A stretch of 64,000 nucleotides of DNA, from NCBI RefSeq assembly GCF_001194135.2, contig NC_068984.1, forward strand, positions 10,591,435 through 10,655,434, given 5' to 3'. Position numbers and translations under genes: made by a program. Within the stretch, counting starts at the first letter, position 1. Each line of letters starts with the position of its first letter. Under the pieces are notes generated by a model that was not told the origin of the DNA, did no database searches, and saw only the letters and a program-made list of their open reading frames with translations. Below, piece after piece: positions 13,069 through 25,795 of the stretch. This DNA is from Octopus bimaculoides. Lineage: Eukaryota.

Positions 13069-13529
13069 AAGAGCATGTATTAGGCACGTGCCATCTGTAA
13101 TTACTCAGGGTAGGCATTTGGTAACCTTTATGTAGTAAAACACACAAAAAAACAAGCAAAACACAGGTGCATGACTGAGTTGGAGGCAGATTTACTTTTG
13201 CCTTTATAGCGCATAAAGAAAACGTTGTTGTAGGAATGTACGCAGCATGTGTACTACAGCAGTACTATGTGTAATTTTAATACTGAAATTGAAAGGCGGG
13301 GCCAAATTATACCTCCCTAATCTATAAAAGAATAAAATATTTTGCATTTTATGCATGGTACTTAGAGTAACCTTCATAATTTTATTGAATTAGGTGCATA
13401 TTTTGCCATGAAAGGAAAATGTTGTTATCAATCTATTTTATTCAGGGTAGGTACTGCCTACCTTGCCTACCTAGGTGGCACAGCCCTGATATATATGTGT
13501 GTATGTGTGTGTGTGTATATGTAGATTGT

Positions 13530-13830
13530 TTTATTTTTATAGCTATTTCAGTCATTAGACTGTGGCCATGCTGGAGCACTGCCTACAAGGATTTTAATTG
13601 AATCATCCCAGTATTTATTTACAAGTCTAGTACTCATTCTGATAGTCTCTTTTGACAAAGCACTCGGTTGTGGGGCTGTAAACACACCAACACCGGTTAT
13701 CAGTCAGTCAGTGGTGAGGGACAAACACAAACACACACACACAAACACGACACGTCTTTTCAGTTTCCGTCTACCAAATCCACTCACAAGGCTTTGGATG
13801 GCTTGAAGCTATAGCAGAAGACACCTGCCA
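13530..13830 (-). mobile_element. SINE family A, head truncated
   Basis: Reverse complement of family A tail and middle. Confidence 0.85.
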
Positions 13831-13843
13831 TGCCTGCGTCTAT

Positions 13844-13882
<39 letters not shown>

Positions 13883-13921
13883 GGCCACCTCTTCAGTCCA
13901 GTCAGACTGAGCCTATTTTGA

Positions 13922-13968
13922 CTGACTTGAAGAAGTGGCTATATGCTATGGAAACTCCTGAGTGTCAG
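13922..13968 (+). ncRNA. Degenerate type I hammerhead-like motif
   Basis: ctgac-TTGAAGA-a-gtggc/gctat-g-GAAA-ctc ct gagt-gtcag: helices I, II and III can pair, but C3 is U and the cleavage nucleotide is missing. Confidence 0.4.
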
Positions 13969-14574
13969 ACCACTGGATTGTCTTCAGTAAATTACACACA
14001 CGCACATTCTACTGTATTCTTGCCATAAAAACGACAGCCATTTCAATCACATTCATTAGTTGAATATTCTATATCTTTGTAAAATTTCAATTTTTCTTCG
14101 TTTTTCTTTTTCTTTCTTTTCTCTGAAATATGACTACATGAAGTTTAAATAGCTTTTTTTTTTTTTATACATTTTTGAAAACATTGGTAATTGGCATTTC
14201 ATCTCGTCTGTCTCCTTTCTTGGTCATTACATTGTATTGCAAGCCCTCTGGTATGATAATACTGAATTATGTAGGTATCTGTGATAATGTTGCAAGTTAT
14301 TTGTTCATTTAATGTGTGTTTTTCCATGCTTGCATGGGTTGGATAGGAATTTAGTTGTGGCAAGATTTTACAGTCAGGATTACTTCCGGTCACCAACCTT
14401 TACCTGTTTCTTAAGTAAGGGACTTTTTTTAAAATTCCATGTTTTAGAATGTGTGGAGTGACTTAGTCTTAATGTCAACAAGGACTGTAGATGTCGTATC
14501 ATCGTCTTGCTCAGACTAGAGAAGCAAAGATGTAGGATGTCAACTTTCACATAGTCACTCACATACATACATAC

Positions 14575-14950
14575 ATCATCATCATCGTTTAACGTCCGCT
14601 TTCCATGCTAGCATGGGTTGGACGATTTGACTGAGGACTGGCAAACCAGAAGGCTGCACCAGGCTCCAATCTGATCTGGCAGAGTTTCTACAGCTGGATG
14701 CCTTTCCTAACGCCAACCACTCCGAGAGTGTACTGAGTGCTTTTTACATGTCAACGGCACAATGGCCAGTCAGGCAGTACTGGCAACAGCCACGCTCAAA
14801 ATGGTGTTTTTTACGTGGCACTGGCAACGACCTCGCTCGAATGTTTTTTCGTGCCAGTAAGGCAACACTGGTAATGATCACGCTCAAATGGTGCTTTTTA
14901 CATGTCACCAACATGGGAGCCAGACAGCTGCTCTGGCGATGATCACGCTT
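14575..14950 (-). mobile_element. Family B (RTE 3' UTR) with about 3 diverged VNTR units
   Basis: (ATC)n gtttaacgtccgctttccatgctagcatggg tail plus repeat units. Confidence 0.88.
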
Positions 14951-14969
14951 GGATGGTGCTGTTAGCACT

Positions 14970-15440
14970 ACATCATCATTGTCATTTAACATCTGCTTTC
15001 CATGCTGACATGGGTTGGATGGTCTAACTGAGGACTGGCAAGCCAAGAGGTTGCACCAGGCTCCAATCTGATCTGGCAAGGTTTCTACAGTTGGATGCCC
15101 TTCCTAACACCAACCACTCTGAGAGTGTAGTGGGTGCTTTTTGCATGCAACCGGCATGGGTACCATTCAGGCAGCACTGGCATTGGCCATGCTCGAATGA
15201 TACTTTTTATGTGCCACCAGCACAGGTGCCAGTCAGGCAGCACTGGCATTGACCACTCTTGGATGGGGCTTTTTACGTGCCACCAGCACGGGTGCCAGTC
15301 AGGCAGCACTGGCATCAGTCATGCTTGAATGGTGCTTTTTATGTGCCACTGGCACAGGTGCCAGTCAGGCAGCACTGGCATTGGCCACCACTACGATTTC
15401 ACTTGACTCAACAGGTCTTCTCAAGCACAGCATATTGACA
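14970..15440 (-). mobile_element. Family B (RTE 3' UTR) with about 4 VNTR units
   Basis: Same tail; ends in ttacttgactcaacaggtcttctcaagcac, shared with 48690 and 62595. Confidence 0.9.
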
Positions 15441-15444
15441 TGAA

Positions 15445-15653
15445 CTGTATCCTTATATTTTCAAACAAGGGAATCTAGCACCCCCACTCAGCTCAAAACA
15501 ATATCTGTGTATCGTGAAATAACCCAGAAATCGCGATACACAGATATTGTTTTGANNNNNNNNNNGAAATAACCCAGAAATCGCGATACACAGATATTGT
15601 TTTGAGCTGAGTGGGGGTGCTAGATTCCCTTGTTCGAAAATATAAGGACACAG
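15445..15653. repeat. Near-perfect foldback (73 bp arms), relative of 34563-34710
   Basis: Arms 15445-15517 and 15581-15653, 3 mismatches; 40 bp duplicated across the 10-N gap. Confidence 0.9.
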
Positions 15654-16624
15654 ATTGTGTCATATAGCCAGCTGGATATGATGTCTCCTGGGGCTAAATT
15701 ACTGCAACATTAGTCCTAAACCAGGACTGCCATGTTATGTTGGCAAACAATCTTTACTCTATGTGACTGTACTGCATTAACTGGCACCTTTATCCACTAC
15801 GCTATGCCCTGGATGAGGACACCACTCCGACTGGTATGTAATATATTGTGTAGTGTTGTTGATGTGGTATTGTATGGCAGTGACATTGTAAGGGCGCAGA
15901 GATTTGCCATGTTTGAAAGATAAATCTTGACATACTGATTTAACCAATGTGACTTTACTGTCGACTGCTACAACCAGTGTTGATATATGGATGGCTATCA
16001 CCTATCGATTTGTTTTGTTCAGACCATTTTGGCAGATATCAAGTAAAAGAAGATAAATAAAAAACAAAAAAGAGGAAAAGAAAATGATGTCTCTACTACA
16101 AATGATAGAATCACTTGTGATCCACGCCTCAGAAAATTATTTGTTGTTATTCCAGTATTCATAACTTCTACAATATATGGAAGAATTTTCACTCTTTACA
16201 AAAAGCTTGGATGTGTTTTATGAGACTTCATACACATTCTGTTCAGCTTTTGAAAGCTGTTTTACTGATCCATTCCATTCTCTTTGTAGATATCAACCAA
16301 AGTATTATAGAATTGATATGAATTTTTCTGTGTTTCTGACACATTCACTAAGATGATCTAGTGCCAGTTAAACATGTACCAACAGGAGTTAGTCATAAAC
16401 TAAAGACTTTGTTCTCAAAGATCAGTGTTTCTTTTATGGATTTCTTTTGTATTTCGTGTGAGAAAGAACCTCCATGGTATAGTGAATAACATATAATATT
16501 TAGCAGTGATCTAAGATAGCATTGTGATGTTAAGATGTAAGGTGGTGTTATTTGATAATGTAATATTTGAATCTTAAGGAGTTGTAAGAAAGTGTTCGTT
16601 TGATGTGGTAAAGCTTTATGAAAT

Positions 16625-17312
16625 CATCATCATCGTCATTGTTTAACATCTGCTTTCCATGCTGGCATGGGTTGGACAGTTTGACTGAGGACTGGCAAGC
16701 CAGAAGGATGCACTAGGCTCCAATCCGATCTGGCAATGTTTCTACAGCTGGATGTCCTTCCTAATGCCAACCACTCCAAGAGTGTAGTGGGTGCTTTTTA
16801 CATGCCACTGGTCAGCCAGCACTGCATCAATCATGCTTGAATGGTGCTTTTTTACATGCCACTGGCACAGGAGCCAGTCAAGTGGCACTGGCATCGACCA
16901 TGCTCGAATGGTGCTTTTTACATGCCACCAGCACAGGACCAGTCAGCCGGCACTGGCATCGACCATGCTTGAATGGTTGCTTTTTACGNNNNNNNNNNNN
17001 NNNNNNNNNNNNNNNNNNNNNNNNNNNNNNNNNNNNNNNNNNNNNNNNNNNNNNNNNNNNNNNNNNNNNNNNNNNNNNNNNNNNNNNNNNNNNNNNNNNN
17101 NNNCACTGGCACAGGAGCCAGTCAAGTGGCACTGGCATCGACCATGCTTGAATGGTGCTTTTTACATGCCACTGGCACAGGAGCCAGTCAAGTGGCACTG
17201 GCATCGACCATGCTCGAATGGTGCTTTTTACATGCCACCAGCACAGGACCAGTCAGCCGGCACTGGCATCGACCATGCTTGAATGGTTGCTTTTTACGTG
17301 CCCCTGGCACGG
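16625..17312 (-). mobile_element. Family B with long VNTR, spans a gap
   Basis: Tail plus at least 5 units of 65-67 bp. Confidence 0.9.
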
Positions 17313-17764
17313 GACCAATCGGGTAATTGTGTCTTATGAGGCATTGTTAGTGGTTGTATGGTTTGTGAGGAGTAAAGAAGTACTGGTGTGTTGTGAGTTA
17401 GTATGTTAAATTGTGGATAGCTACGAAACAGTGTTGGAATGTTGCATAATTGTGTCTGTGTGTTGTATAGTTGTGAGACGATGATGATGTGGGAATAAAG
17501 TTTTATAAAACTGCCTCCTTGTCTATCTGTTTTTAGAATTATTAGACAGAGTAAAATTAATGAATTGTTCATCTTACCATTTTGTAATTTAATAATTAGC
17601 AAGACTCTCAGATAATACTGTCCAATGTACTTTACAAATGGGAATTAATTAGAGGAAACCTAATCATTTTTTTTCCTTATATTCATTTTATTTATTTTTT
17701 TTTTCATGAACCTGATACAAATAACAGGGGCTTACAATGAAAAATACCAACCAAAATAACCCAT

Positions 17765-17843
<79 letters not shown>

Positions 17844-18608
17844 TATGGTTGAACATTCTTTCTATACAAAATAGAAAGTACATCTATGGAAATCAAATTA
17901 GAGAGGGGGGTGGTTAGCTGAGTTTGTTGGTTATTGATATATATCGACACTTTGAGTAGTGCACAGATAGAACCAAATCTGTAAACAACCCAATGAATTG
18001 TTGAGATTCTACCATTGTTCTCTTCCACCATCACAAAATGTAAAAAAAAATCAATCTGTTTTTGAAGCCATGATATCATGATGATTAGGTATAAACACAC
18101 GCATACACATACACGTGTGTGTGTGTGTATAGATAGAAACGCATAGATGTCAGATTTAAATCTGAAGAGAGCTTTCATTTGCTTGTTCTTTACTCCTGAT
18201 CAATCCATGGGACTTCAAAATTGATATTTTGTAGTAATTCTTGTTAATCTGCTATTTGTTATTCCATGCAGGATTTCTTGGACTTTTTGAGAATAACATG
18301 AAAATACTTATTGATTTTCTTCTTGATAAACAGCAATCGCAATAAAGTTCGAAAATCCTTGGGGAAATGATATTATTAAATTTATCAATGATTTTTAACA
18401 CTTCACCTTTCATGTTTTGGTTTAATGAAAAGAAATCTCTCAGTGAAGACAGAAATATTTTATCTCAGTTTGACACTGACAAATTCCTTATAAGTTCACG
18501 TATTTAAAACTTTAACTTTATTTATCACTTTACTCCAACTGTAATATTGCTGAAGACTAGGTCCTTGAATTGGATCCTACTTTTTGTTATGTTTTACTGT
18601 ATTTATAC

Positions 18609-19150
18609 CAGTGTTGCATAACCAGCCCATTTAAAAGTACCCTTGAATCATCGGGCAATACACTGCACTTGAAAGAGACCTATTGAGTCAAGTAAAATCA
18701 AAATCAAATCAAGATCAAAATCAAAATGGAAATTGTAGTTGTGGTTGATGCCAATGCTGCCTGACTGGCACCCCTGCTGGTAGCACATAAAAAGCACCAT
18801 TCAAGCAAGGGTCGATGCCAGTACCACCTGACTGGCTCCCCGTGCCAGTGGTACATAATAAGCACCGTCCGAATGTGGTCGATACCAGTGCCACCTGACT
18901 GGCCTCTGTGCCGGTGGCATGTAAAAAGCACCATTCAAACGAGGGTTGATGCCAGTGCCACCTGACTGGCCTCTGTGCCGGTGGCATGTAAAAAGCACCA
19001 TTCAAACGAGGGTTGATGCCAGTACCACCTGACTGGCTCCCAGTGCCGGTGGCACGTAAAAAGCACCTTCCGAACATGGTTGATGCCAGTGCCACCTGAC
19101 TGGCTCCTGTGCTGGTGATACATAAAAAGCACCCACTACACTCTTGGAGT
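18609..19150 (+). mobile_element. Family B 3' UTR with 6 VNTR units, tail missing
   Basis: Units start at about 18746, 18814, 18881, 18948, 19015 and 19082 (period 67). Confidence 0.9.
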
Positions 19151-19505
19151 GGCACATTGGGCAAGTGTCTTTTACTGTAGTCTCGGGCTGACCAAAGCCT
19201 TGTGAGTGGATTTGGTAGACGGAACCTGAAAGAAGCCCATCATATATGTGTGTATATATATACATATATATATATATGTATGTGTGTGTGTATATGTTTG
19301 TGTGTCTGTGTTTGTTCCCCAACGTCGCTTGAGAACTAATGCTGTTGTGTTTACGTCTCCGTAACTTAGCGGTTGGGCAAAAGAGACCCAATAGAATAAG
19401 TACAAGGCTTGCAAAAAATAAGTCCTGGGGTTGATTTGCTTGACTAAAGGCGGTGCTCTAGCATGGCCACAGTCAAATGACTGAAACAAGTAAAAGAATA
19501 AAAGA
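19151..19505 (+). mobile_element. SINE family A lacking head, fused to family B
   Basis: Begins at gtggcacattgggcaagtgtc; complete tail. Confidence 0.88.
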
Positions 19506-19792
19506 AAGTTGTTCTTAGCTTCAAGCAATTTCTGCAAGCATTCTGTTCTTAACATTTATGCTAATACAAATAAAAGTTTGAAAATGCTCGTGGGCCAAAT
19601 CAATAATCGGTCCAATAGAATTAGTTGAAGAGCCGGTGGTTTGTATCTCATTGTCGTCACTATATTGTATCTAGATTGAAGTTGCTATCTATAGAGCAGC
19701 CAAGATTATTATCTGTTTAGGAAGTAGTTGAAATTTGAGATTGGTTCTGTGTTCAAAGTCTGGATTCACAGACAGGTTCATAACATAACATG

Positions 19793-19890
19793 GGCATATG
19801 GCGTAGTGGTTAAGGGTGTGGGCTGCTAACCCCAAGATTCTGAGTTCAATTCCAAGCAGTGACATGAATAATAATAATGATGATAATAAC

Positions 19891-19925
<35 letters not shown>

Positions 19926-20085
19926 AAAATACCTTAAGAATGAGAACCCAGGTTCGAAATTTCCCCAAGACACCTGATGAAGGCTTGTAGGGCATATCAG
20001 CTGAAACACGTTAACAACAAACAAGATGAGGACAAATATCTGTCAAATGTAAATTATGTGAATAAAGTACATAATTCCTCATCTT
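19793..20085 (+). mobile_element. tRNA-headed SINE with (AAT)n middle and hammerhead-like 3' part
   Basis: A-box TGGCGTAGTGG (19799), B-box GAGTTCAATTCC (19842), anticodon-arm-like gggCTGCTAAccc; CTGATGA...GAAAC at 19974-20007. Confidence 0.7.
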
Positions 20086-20109
20086 TTAAATATAGAACTG
20101 TATTATCAA

Positions 20110-20305
20110 TTCTTTTATTCTTTTACTTGTTTCAGTCGTGTGACTGTGGCCATGCTGGTGCACCACCTTTAGTCCAACAAATCGACCCCAGGACTTATTC
20201 TTTGTAAGCCTAGTACTTATTCTATTGGTTCTCTTTTGTCGAACTGCTAAGTGACTGGGACGTAAACACACCAGCATCGGTTGTCAAATGATGCTGTGGG
20301 GACAA

Positions 20306-20340
<35 letters not shown>
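20110..20340 (-). mobile_element. SINE family A 3' half, running into a gap
   Basis: Reverse complement of family A tail. Confidence 0.88.
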
Positions 20341-20970
20341 NNNNNNNNNNNNNNNNNNNNNNNNNNNNNNNNNNNNNNNNNNNNNNNNNNNNNNNNNNNN
20401 NNNNNNNNNNNNNNNNNNNNNNNNNNNNNNNNNNNNNNNNNNNNNNNNNNNNNNNNNNNNNNNNNNNNNNNNNNNNNNNNNNNNNNNNNNNNNNNNNNNN
20501 NNNNNNNNNNNNNNNNNNNNNNNNNNNNNNNNNNNNNNNNNNNNNNNNNNNNNNNNNNNNNNNNNNNNNNNNNNNNNNNNNNNNNNNNNNNNNNNNNNNN
20601 NNNNNNNNNNNNNNNNNNNNNNNNNNNNNNNNNNNNNNNNNNNNNNNNNNNNNNNNNNNNNNNNNNNNNNNNNNNNNNNNNNNNNNNNNNNNNNNNNNNN
20701 NNNNNNNNNNNNNNNNNNNNNNNNNNNNNNNNNNNNNNNNNNNNNNNNNNNNNNNNNNNNNNNNNNNNNNNNNNNNNNNNNNNNNNNNNNNNNNNNNNNN
20801 NNNNNNNNNNNNNNNNNNNNNNNNNNNNNNNNNNNNNNNNNNNNNNNNNNNNNNNNNNNNNNNNNNNNNNNNNNNNNNNNNNNNNNNNNNNNNNNNNNNN
20901 NNNNNNNNNNNNNNNNNNNNNNNNNNNNNNNNNNNNNNNNNNNNNNNNNNNNNNNNNNNNNNNNNNNNNN
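20341..20970. other. Assembly gap (N run)
   Basis: Direct reading. Confidence 1.
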
Positions 20971-21313
20971 GGGGGGGGGGGAGGTGGTATATATAATTGT
21001 GCGTGTGATATGCTTACATGTATATGCTATTACCTTTCAGAAAGAAACACAGCTGAGTATTTCTAGTAATTCCAAACTTCCTGTACCCAAAATAAGTTGT
21101 TTTCTTGTAAGCATTACCTGACAAGCTCTTGACAAGAATCAGAATGAAGGAACGGAGATGAAGAAGGCATGTGGTTAAATATAGACAAGCACTGTTAAAA
21201 ATAAAACTGCTCTGTACAAGCTAAACGTTTTGTTGGTGGTGTTTTGCACCAGGTCATCCTTGATCCGGTAGACCTGTGATCAAAAATATTCTAGCTTCTT
21301 TGATCGTGCTGTC

Positions 21314-21669
21314 ATGAGGAGGAGTGATGACTTGATGCGGGTGCTGCGGTTGGAGGAATCGGTGGAAAGGGTAAGGCTGGCAAGGGTGAATGGAGTGTGG
21401 GGGTATGGTCATGTGCTGAGGAGGGATGAGGAGCATGTTTTGAGGAGGGTGCTTGAGTTTGAGGTAAATGGACCCTGAAAGCGAGGTAGACCGAGGAAAA
21501 TGTGGAGGGGGAGATTTGGAGGGTCAGCTTGAGAATGGAGGACGTCCAAAACTAGGCAAGAAGGCGAGGTGGCATAAGGGGGGTTGTGGTGGCACTGAGG
21601 TAGATCTGGCCATCCCTGTTAACGAGGACAAAACCCAGATTTAAAACACTAGATGATGATGATGATGAT
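21314..21669 (+). mobile_element. RTE-clade LINE 3' end (second family), decayed
   Basis: ...WGYGHVLRRDEEHVLRRVLEFEVNGP*KRGRPRKMW; (GAT)n tail; same tail on minus strand at 33882-33965. Confidence 0.85.
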
Positions 21670-21850
21670 TTAATCATCTTGCCTTTTATTCTAAGACCAC
21701 ACTATGTATTTAGGACTAATGTCCCCCCCCCCCNNNNNNNNNNTTTTTTTGTTACATGTTTAATTTACTATTTCTAAATTGTTGAGAAACCATGTAGATA
21801 TATGTATGTATTTATAGACACACATCTGTGTGCATAAATGTATATGCATG

Positions 21851-21888
<38 letters not shown>

Positions 21889-21991
21889 TGAATGCACTTT
21901 TTGTAGTTGCAATGTCAAGGTGTTGGATAATTGACTTCAAGGTTATTTCAAAACTTCCAACAGCTGTTGTGTGTGTGTATGTATGTATGTA

Positions 21992-22046
<55 letters not shown>

Positions 22047-22108
22047 CACATACACACATATATATATATATACACACATATATACACACATTATATATAC
22101 ATATATAT

Positions 22109-22145
<37 letters not shown>

Positions 22146-22150
22146 CACAC

Positions 22151-22206
<56 letters not shown>

Positions 22207-23144
22207 CACACACTATATATATATAGCAAGATGTTGTGCACATGTGTGTGTGTGTGAGAGAGAGAGTTTATATGTGAGTTTGCTGAAAAAGAATTTCTCC
22301 AGAACAAGCTGGTTTTAAAAAAAAAAAACAATATTTCATGCTGTTTTAGTTTACCATTGTCTACCATTCAGTTTTCATTTATGATCTGTGTCGACTTTGT
22401 TTTTCGTTATTTCAAAGGATCAATAAAGTAGTACTTCGTAACATGGGTTGGTTAGAACTCTTTGCTGGATATGATGTTTGTAAAGTCCTCTTCAGAGTAT
22501 ACCGTCCCATATAATTCTATAATGACCTCTGTTCCTTAGATCTGCCTGATCATGTACCTCTTCCAAAGCTATTCCTTTTTCGTCCTGTCATCACCCGTAC
22601 TGAGTACCCCCTCCCCCTCTAGGTCCTGTTCTTCCTTCTTGAAATATCGGCCCTCCGGTATCTCCTCCCTTCTCATATCTTTCTCACATGTGTTGACTTG
22701 CAGAAACTGAAATGCAACTTTGATGGCATTAACCTCGACAATCTCATAAGACCCACAAAATCCAACCCACCTCACATAAATAGCTTTTCCAATTGTAAAA
22801 TATTTGCATTGTTGATGTTTATCCATTTCCCTGGCATCCATGCATCGTATATGATGCACATTCCCACTTTGTTTTTCAACCAACCAGAGTAACTTGGAAT
22901 TTACGAAAGGAAAGCCTTACATTTCTCAGAACGTGCAAAACAAAGACTAAAAACAAACATGGACGTTTAGAACAAACTTCTGAAAATTCTTTGAACAGGC
23001 AAAAGATTTAGTCATACCTTTATGTTGATAATCTTCTACAGAATATCTTTTATATTGTTACAATATAAATATAATTTTCCATGGTTTTTGAGTAGTTGAC
23101 CCAATCACAGAGAAAAGTTCCAAAATCTCATTATTTAGTATTCC

Positions 23145-23179
<35 letters not shown>

Positions 23180-24184
23180 CATCATCATCATCATTATNNN
23201 NNNNNNNTTTTTTTTTTTTTTTTTATCAGGTACTGAGCCAGTTAACATTTATGTTATTTTACATTTTATCAGTGTTTTGATTTCTTTTGTTGTAAAACCT
23301 TACTTTTAGAAGGAAACGAGCTGATAACCTTTAAAAACCTTTCTACAAACCTTGTTATCTTTCTTCAAGAATGAATTATGTTTCTGTGTGTGAAGTTGTA
23401 AAGTTTCTTTACAGGTACCTTGTGGTGATGATATATCGCCAGATAAATACAATCTCAATTTCTCAATAGAATTAACCCAACTCCTTTGATCACTCAACTC
23501 ATCACCACAAATTATCATCTTGTATAATTATTTGTACTTTTAAGTTATCAATTACCCTTGATTACTTAATTGTACAATTTTAAGAAACAAAAATTTAATT
23601 TGATTGTGTCTCATAGGACCTGTGAAAGCTATGCTAATGAACGCATGGTATTGACTTTGTTTTTTTTTTGTTTTCTTTTCCCCTATATGTTATCAATATA
23701 AATTGAAGTATTGAACATGTTCCTTACTCATTGTCATATATAACCACTGTGTTTTAGGACACCAGGCACCAACTGACTGCTATTTAAGCATAATAAGATC
23801 TTGTGGAATCGGTTACTGGAGACAATCTTGTTTAGGCAATGCATCTAATTGGCCGGGTGAGTGTCACTTGCACCTGAAGTTACAGCAACAATTCTTAGCA
23901 TGATTTTGTTTGCTAAATCTGACCCTGGCAATTGTTTTTGTGTTCGAAAATCTCTATGCTACGTTTGTTTTGGCTGCCACCTTTTGATGTATGACTTACC
24001 AGCAGAGTTTGAAGCTTCATGGTAGATTACTTTCCTACTAAAATTACCAGTTTTATGTCAGATACAAATTAACCTAACCTACATCACATTATATATATAT
24101 ATATATATACACATACGCACACATGTATATCTTTGTGTCAGATATAGAATATCGTCTGTCAAGATCTCTCTCTCCCTATCTCTC

Positions 24185-24222
<38 letters not shown>

Positions 24223-25279
24223 ATTCTGTAGGATTTTCCTTTTGGCTGTGAGAAATTTTTTGTGAAGAATTCATAGGTAATAGAGTGAACAATAAATAAA
24301 ACATGTCAAGGAGATTTCTAGTAAAATAACTAAATAGACACACACACACACAAGCACAAAACTCTGTGTTTTCCTCCTCCCCCCTCCCCCTTGCCCTTCT
24401 CTGTCAAGTGTACATTTATTATATTGCTTCCATTTATTACAATGTTTTAGGAATTAAGTACTCACACAGCAGCAGATTCCTCTTGAATAAACTAAGTTTC
24501 ACCCACCGGAAACGATGCGTATGTTTATACATAAACGTTTTGGTATATCATCCTGTGGATGTTCTTGTAATTGGTGTCTGATTTGCATCAGTGCCCAAAG
24601 AACTGATCTATCAATACATTTACTTTCTTCCTGGCAACATGTTGTCACAGTAGAACTGTTCGCTATGCTGATTAAAAGAAGTTTACTCAAGCAATCGTAG
24701 TGTAAAAGCACGAGGAAGAATTTGTAACCATTTAAACATGAAATAAATCTTCTTCTAAAAGAGTTTGAAAACAAAGAAAGCATGAATAAATATCTACATT
24801 TGATTTTGAATCCAGCTGTATAATTTTTCCAGATTCTATATTATTTGTCTACAAGAACAAAGAATGTCAGAATAATAGTGTTCTCTATAGAGATACCGTT
24901 TTACTTTCAATATATATATATTATTTTTTCCATTTACCCATACCATTACTTGGTAATTATTTTACCTTGATCTTAGACACAGCCATATCAATCAGCTTCT
25001 AAACTGAAGGAACTTTTCTCCATTCCATGCTGATTTTTGCTGCGAGTTGTTATCAATTGTTCTCTCACTAATTCTTTGGTAGTTAAGCTAAATGGTGCAT
25101 CAGGAGATGAAGGATCTTAAAAACTCCTTTGCCATAAATATTTCTGTGTCTGATCTACAAACCAACTAAAACAACTGGCAGGTTTGTTTCATTCATGAAT
25201 TCTAGTTCTCAAAAACTAAATCAGTCCTGTAACTGGCACTCTGTCTTATCTGTCCGTCTGTCTCTTTCTCTCTCTTATA

Positions 25280-25350
<71 letters not shown>

Positions 25351-25606
25351 CTCTAGTGTCACTCTCACTCATCTCTGTTTCTAATCTTCTGTTCCTCATT
25401 CTCTGCTCTGCACTCACTCCCTCTTGCTATATAAGAAATACCTTGTTTATAATGTTCCCTGAAAGGCATGAACATCACAACTCCTGACTACATGTGAATG
25501 CTCTACTAGCAAAAACTCAAAAGCTCAGATCTTTGTCACTAATACTCATAACAAAAGCATGAATGTTTTTCTTTTCTTTTTTATCCTCTCCTCACAGTTG
25601 AAGTGA

Positions 25607-25795
25607 AGGTGCATGGCCTAATGGTTAGGGTGTTGTACTCTTAATCACAAAGTTGTGGTTTCAAATCCCTGACCAGGTGGCGCATTGTGTCCTTGAGCAA
25701 AGCACTTCATTTCACATTGCCCCAGTTCACTCAACTGTAAAGGAGTAATCCTGTGACTGTCTGGAGTCCTGTTTAAGAGGAATGTTGTAATCTCA
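25607..25795 (+). mobile_element. tRNA-headed SINE with V/CORE-like central domain
   Basis: A-box TGGCCTAATGG, B-box GGTTTCAAATCC, then tgtgtccttgagcaaagcacttcatttcac; minus-strand sibling at 42453-42580. Confidence 0.7.

Noticed and set aside
13081-13490. MITE-like segment with gggtaggca / tgcctacc ends
   Set aside because: Terminal similarity too imperfect and no TSD or second copy in the window.
15516-15605. 40 bp direct repeat at hairpin apex
   Set aside because: Exact duplicate across a 10-N gap; scaffolding overlap.
16850-17299. Higher-order repeat: 17160-17299 duplicates 16850-16988
   Set aside because: Identical blocks flank an N gap; most likely overlapping contig ends.
18746-19135. 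CRISPR-like regular array
   Set aside because: Units are contiguous tandem repeats with no unique spacers, in a eukaryotic LINE UTR; no cas genes.
19793-19860. Functional tRNA gene (also the heads of families A, C and 25607)
   Set aside because: A and B boxes present but no complete cloverleaf, and each continues into SINE body.
22490-22990. Possible LINE coding fragment
   Set aside because: Higher complexity and partly open frames, but no motif I can assign.
23306-25150. Protein-like minus-strand ORFs (23306-23518, 24499-24783)
   Set aside because: Splice phases and stops could not be reconciled; no homology recognised.
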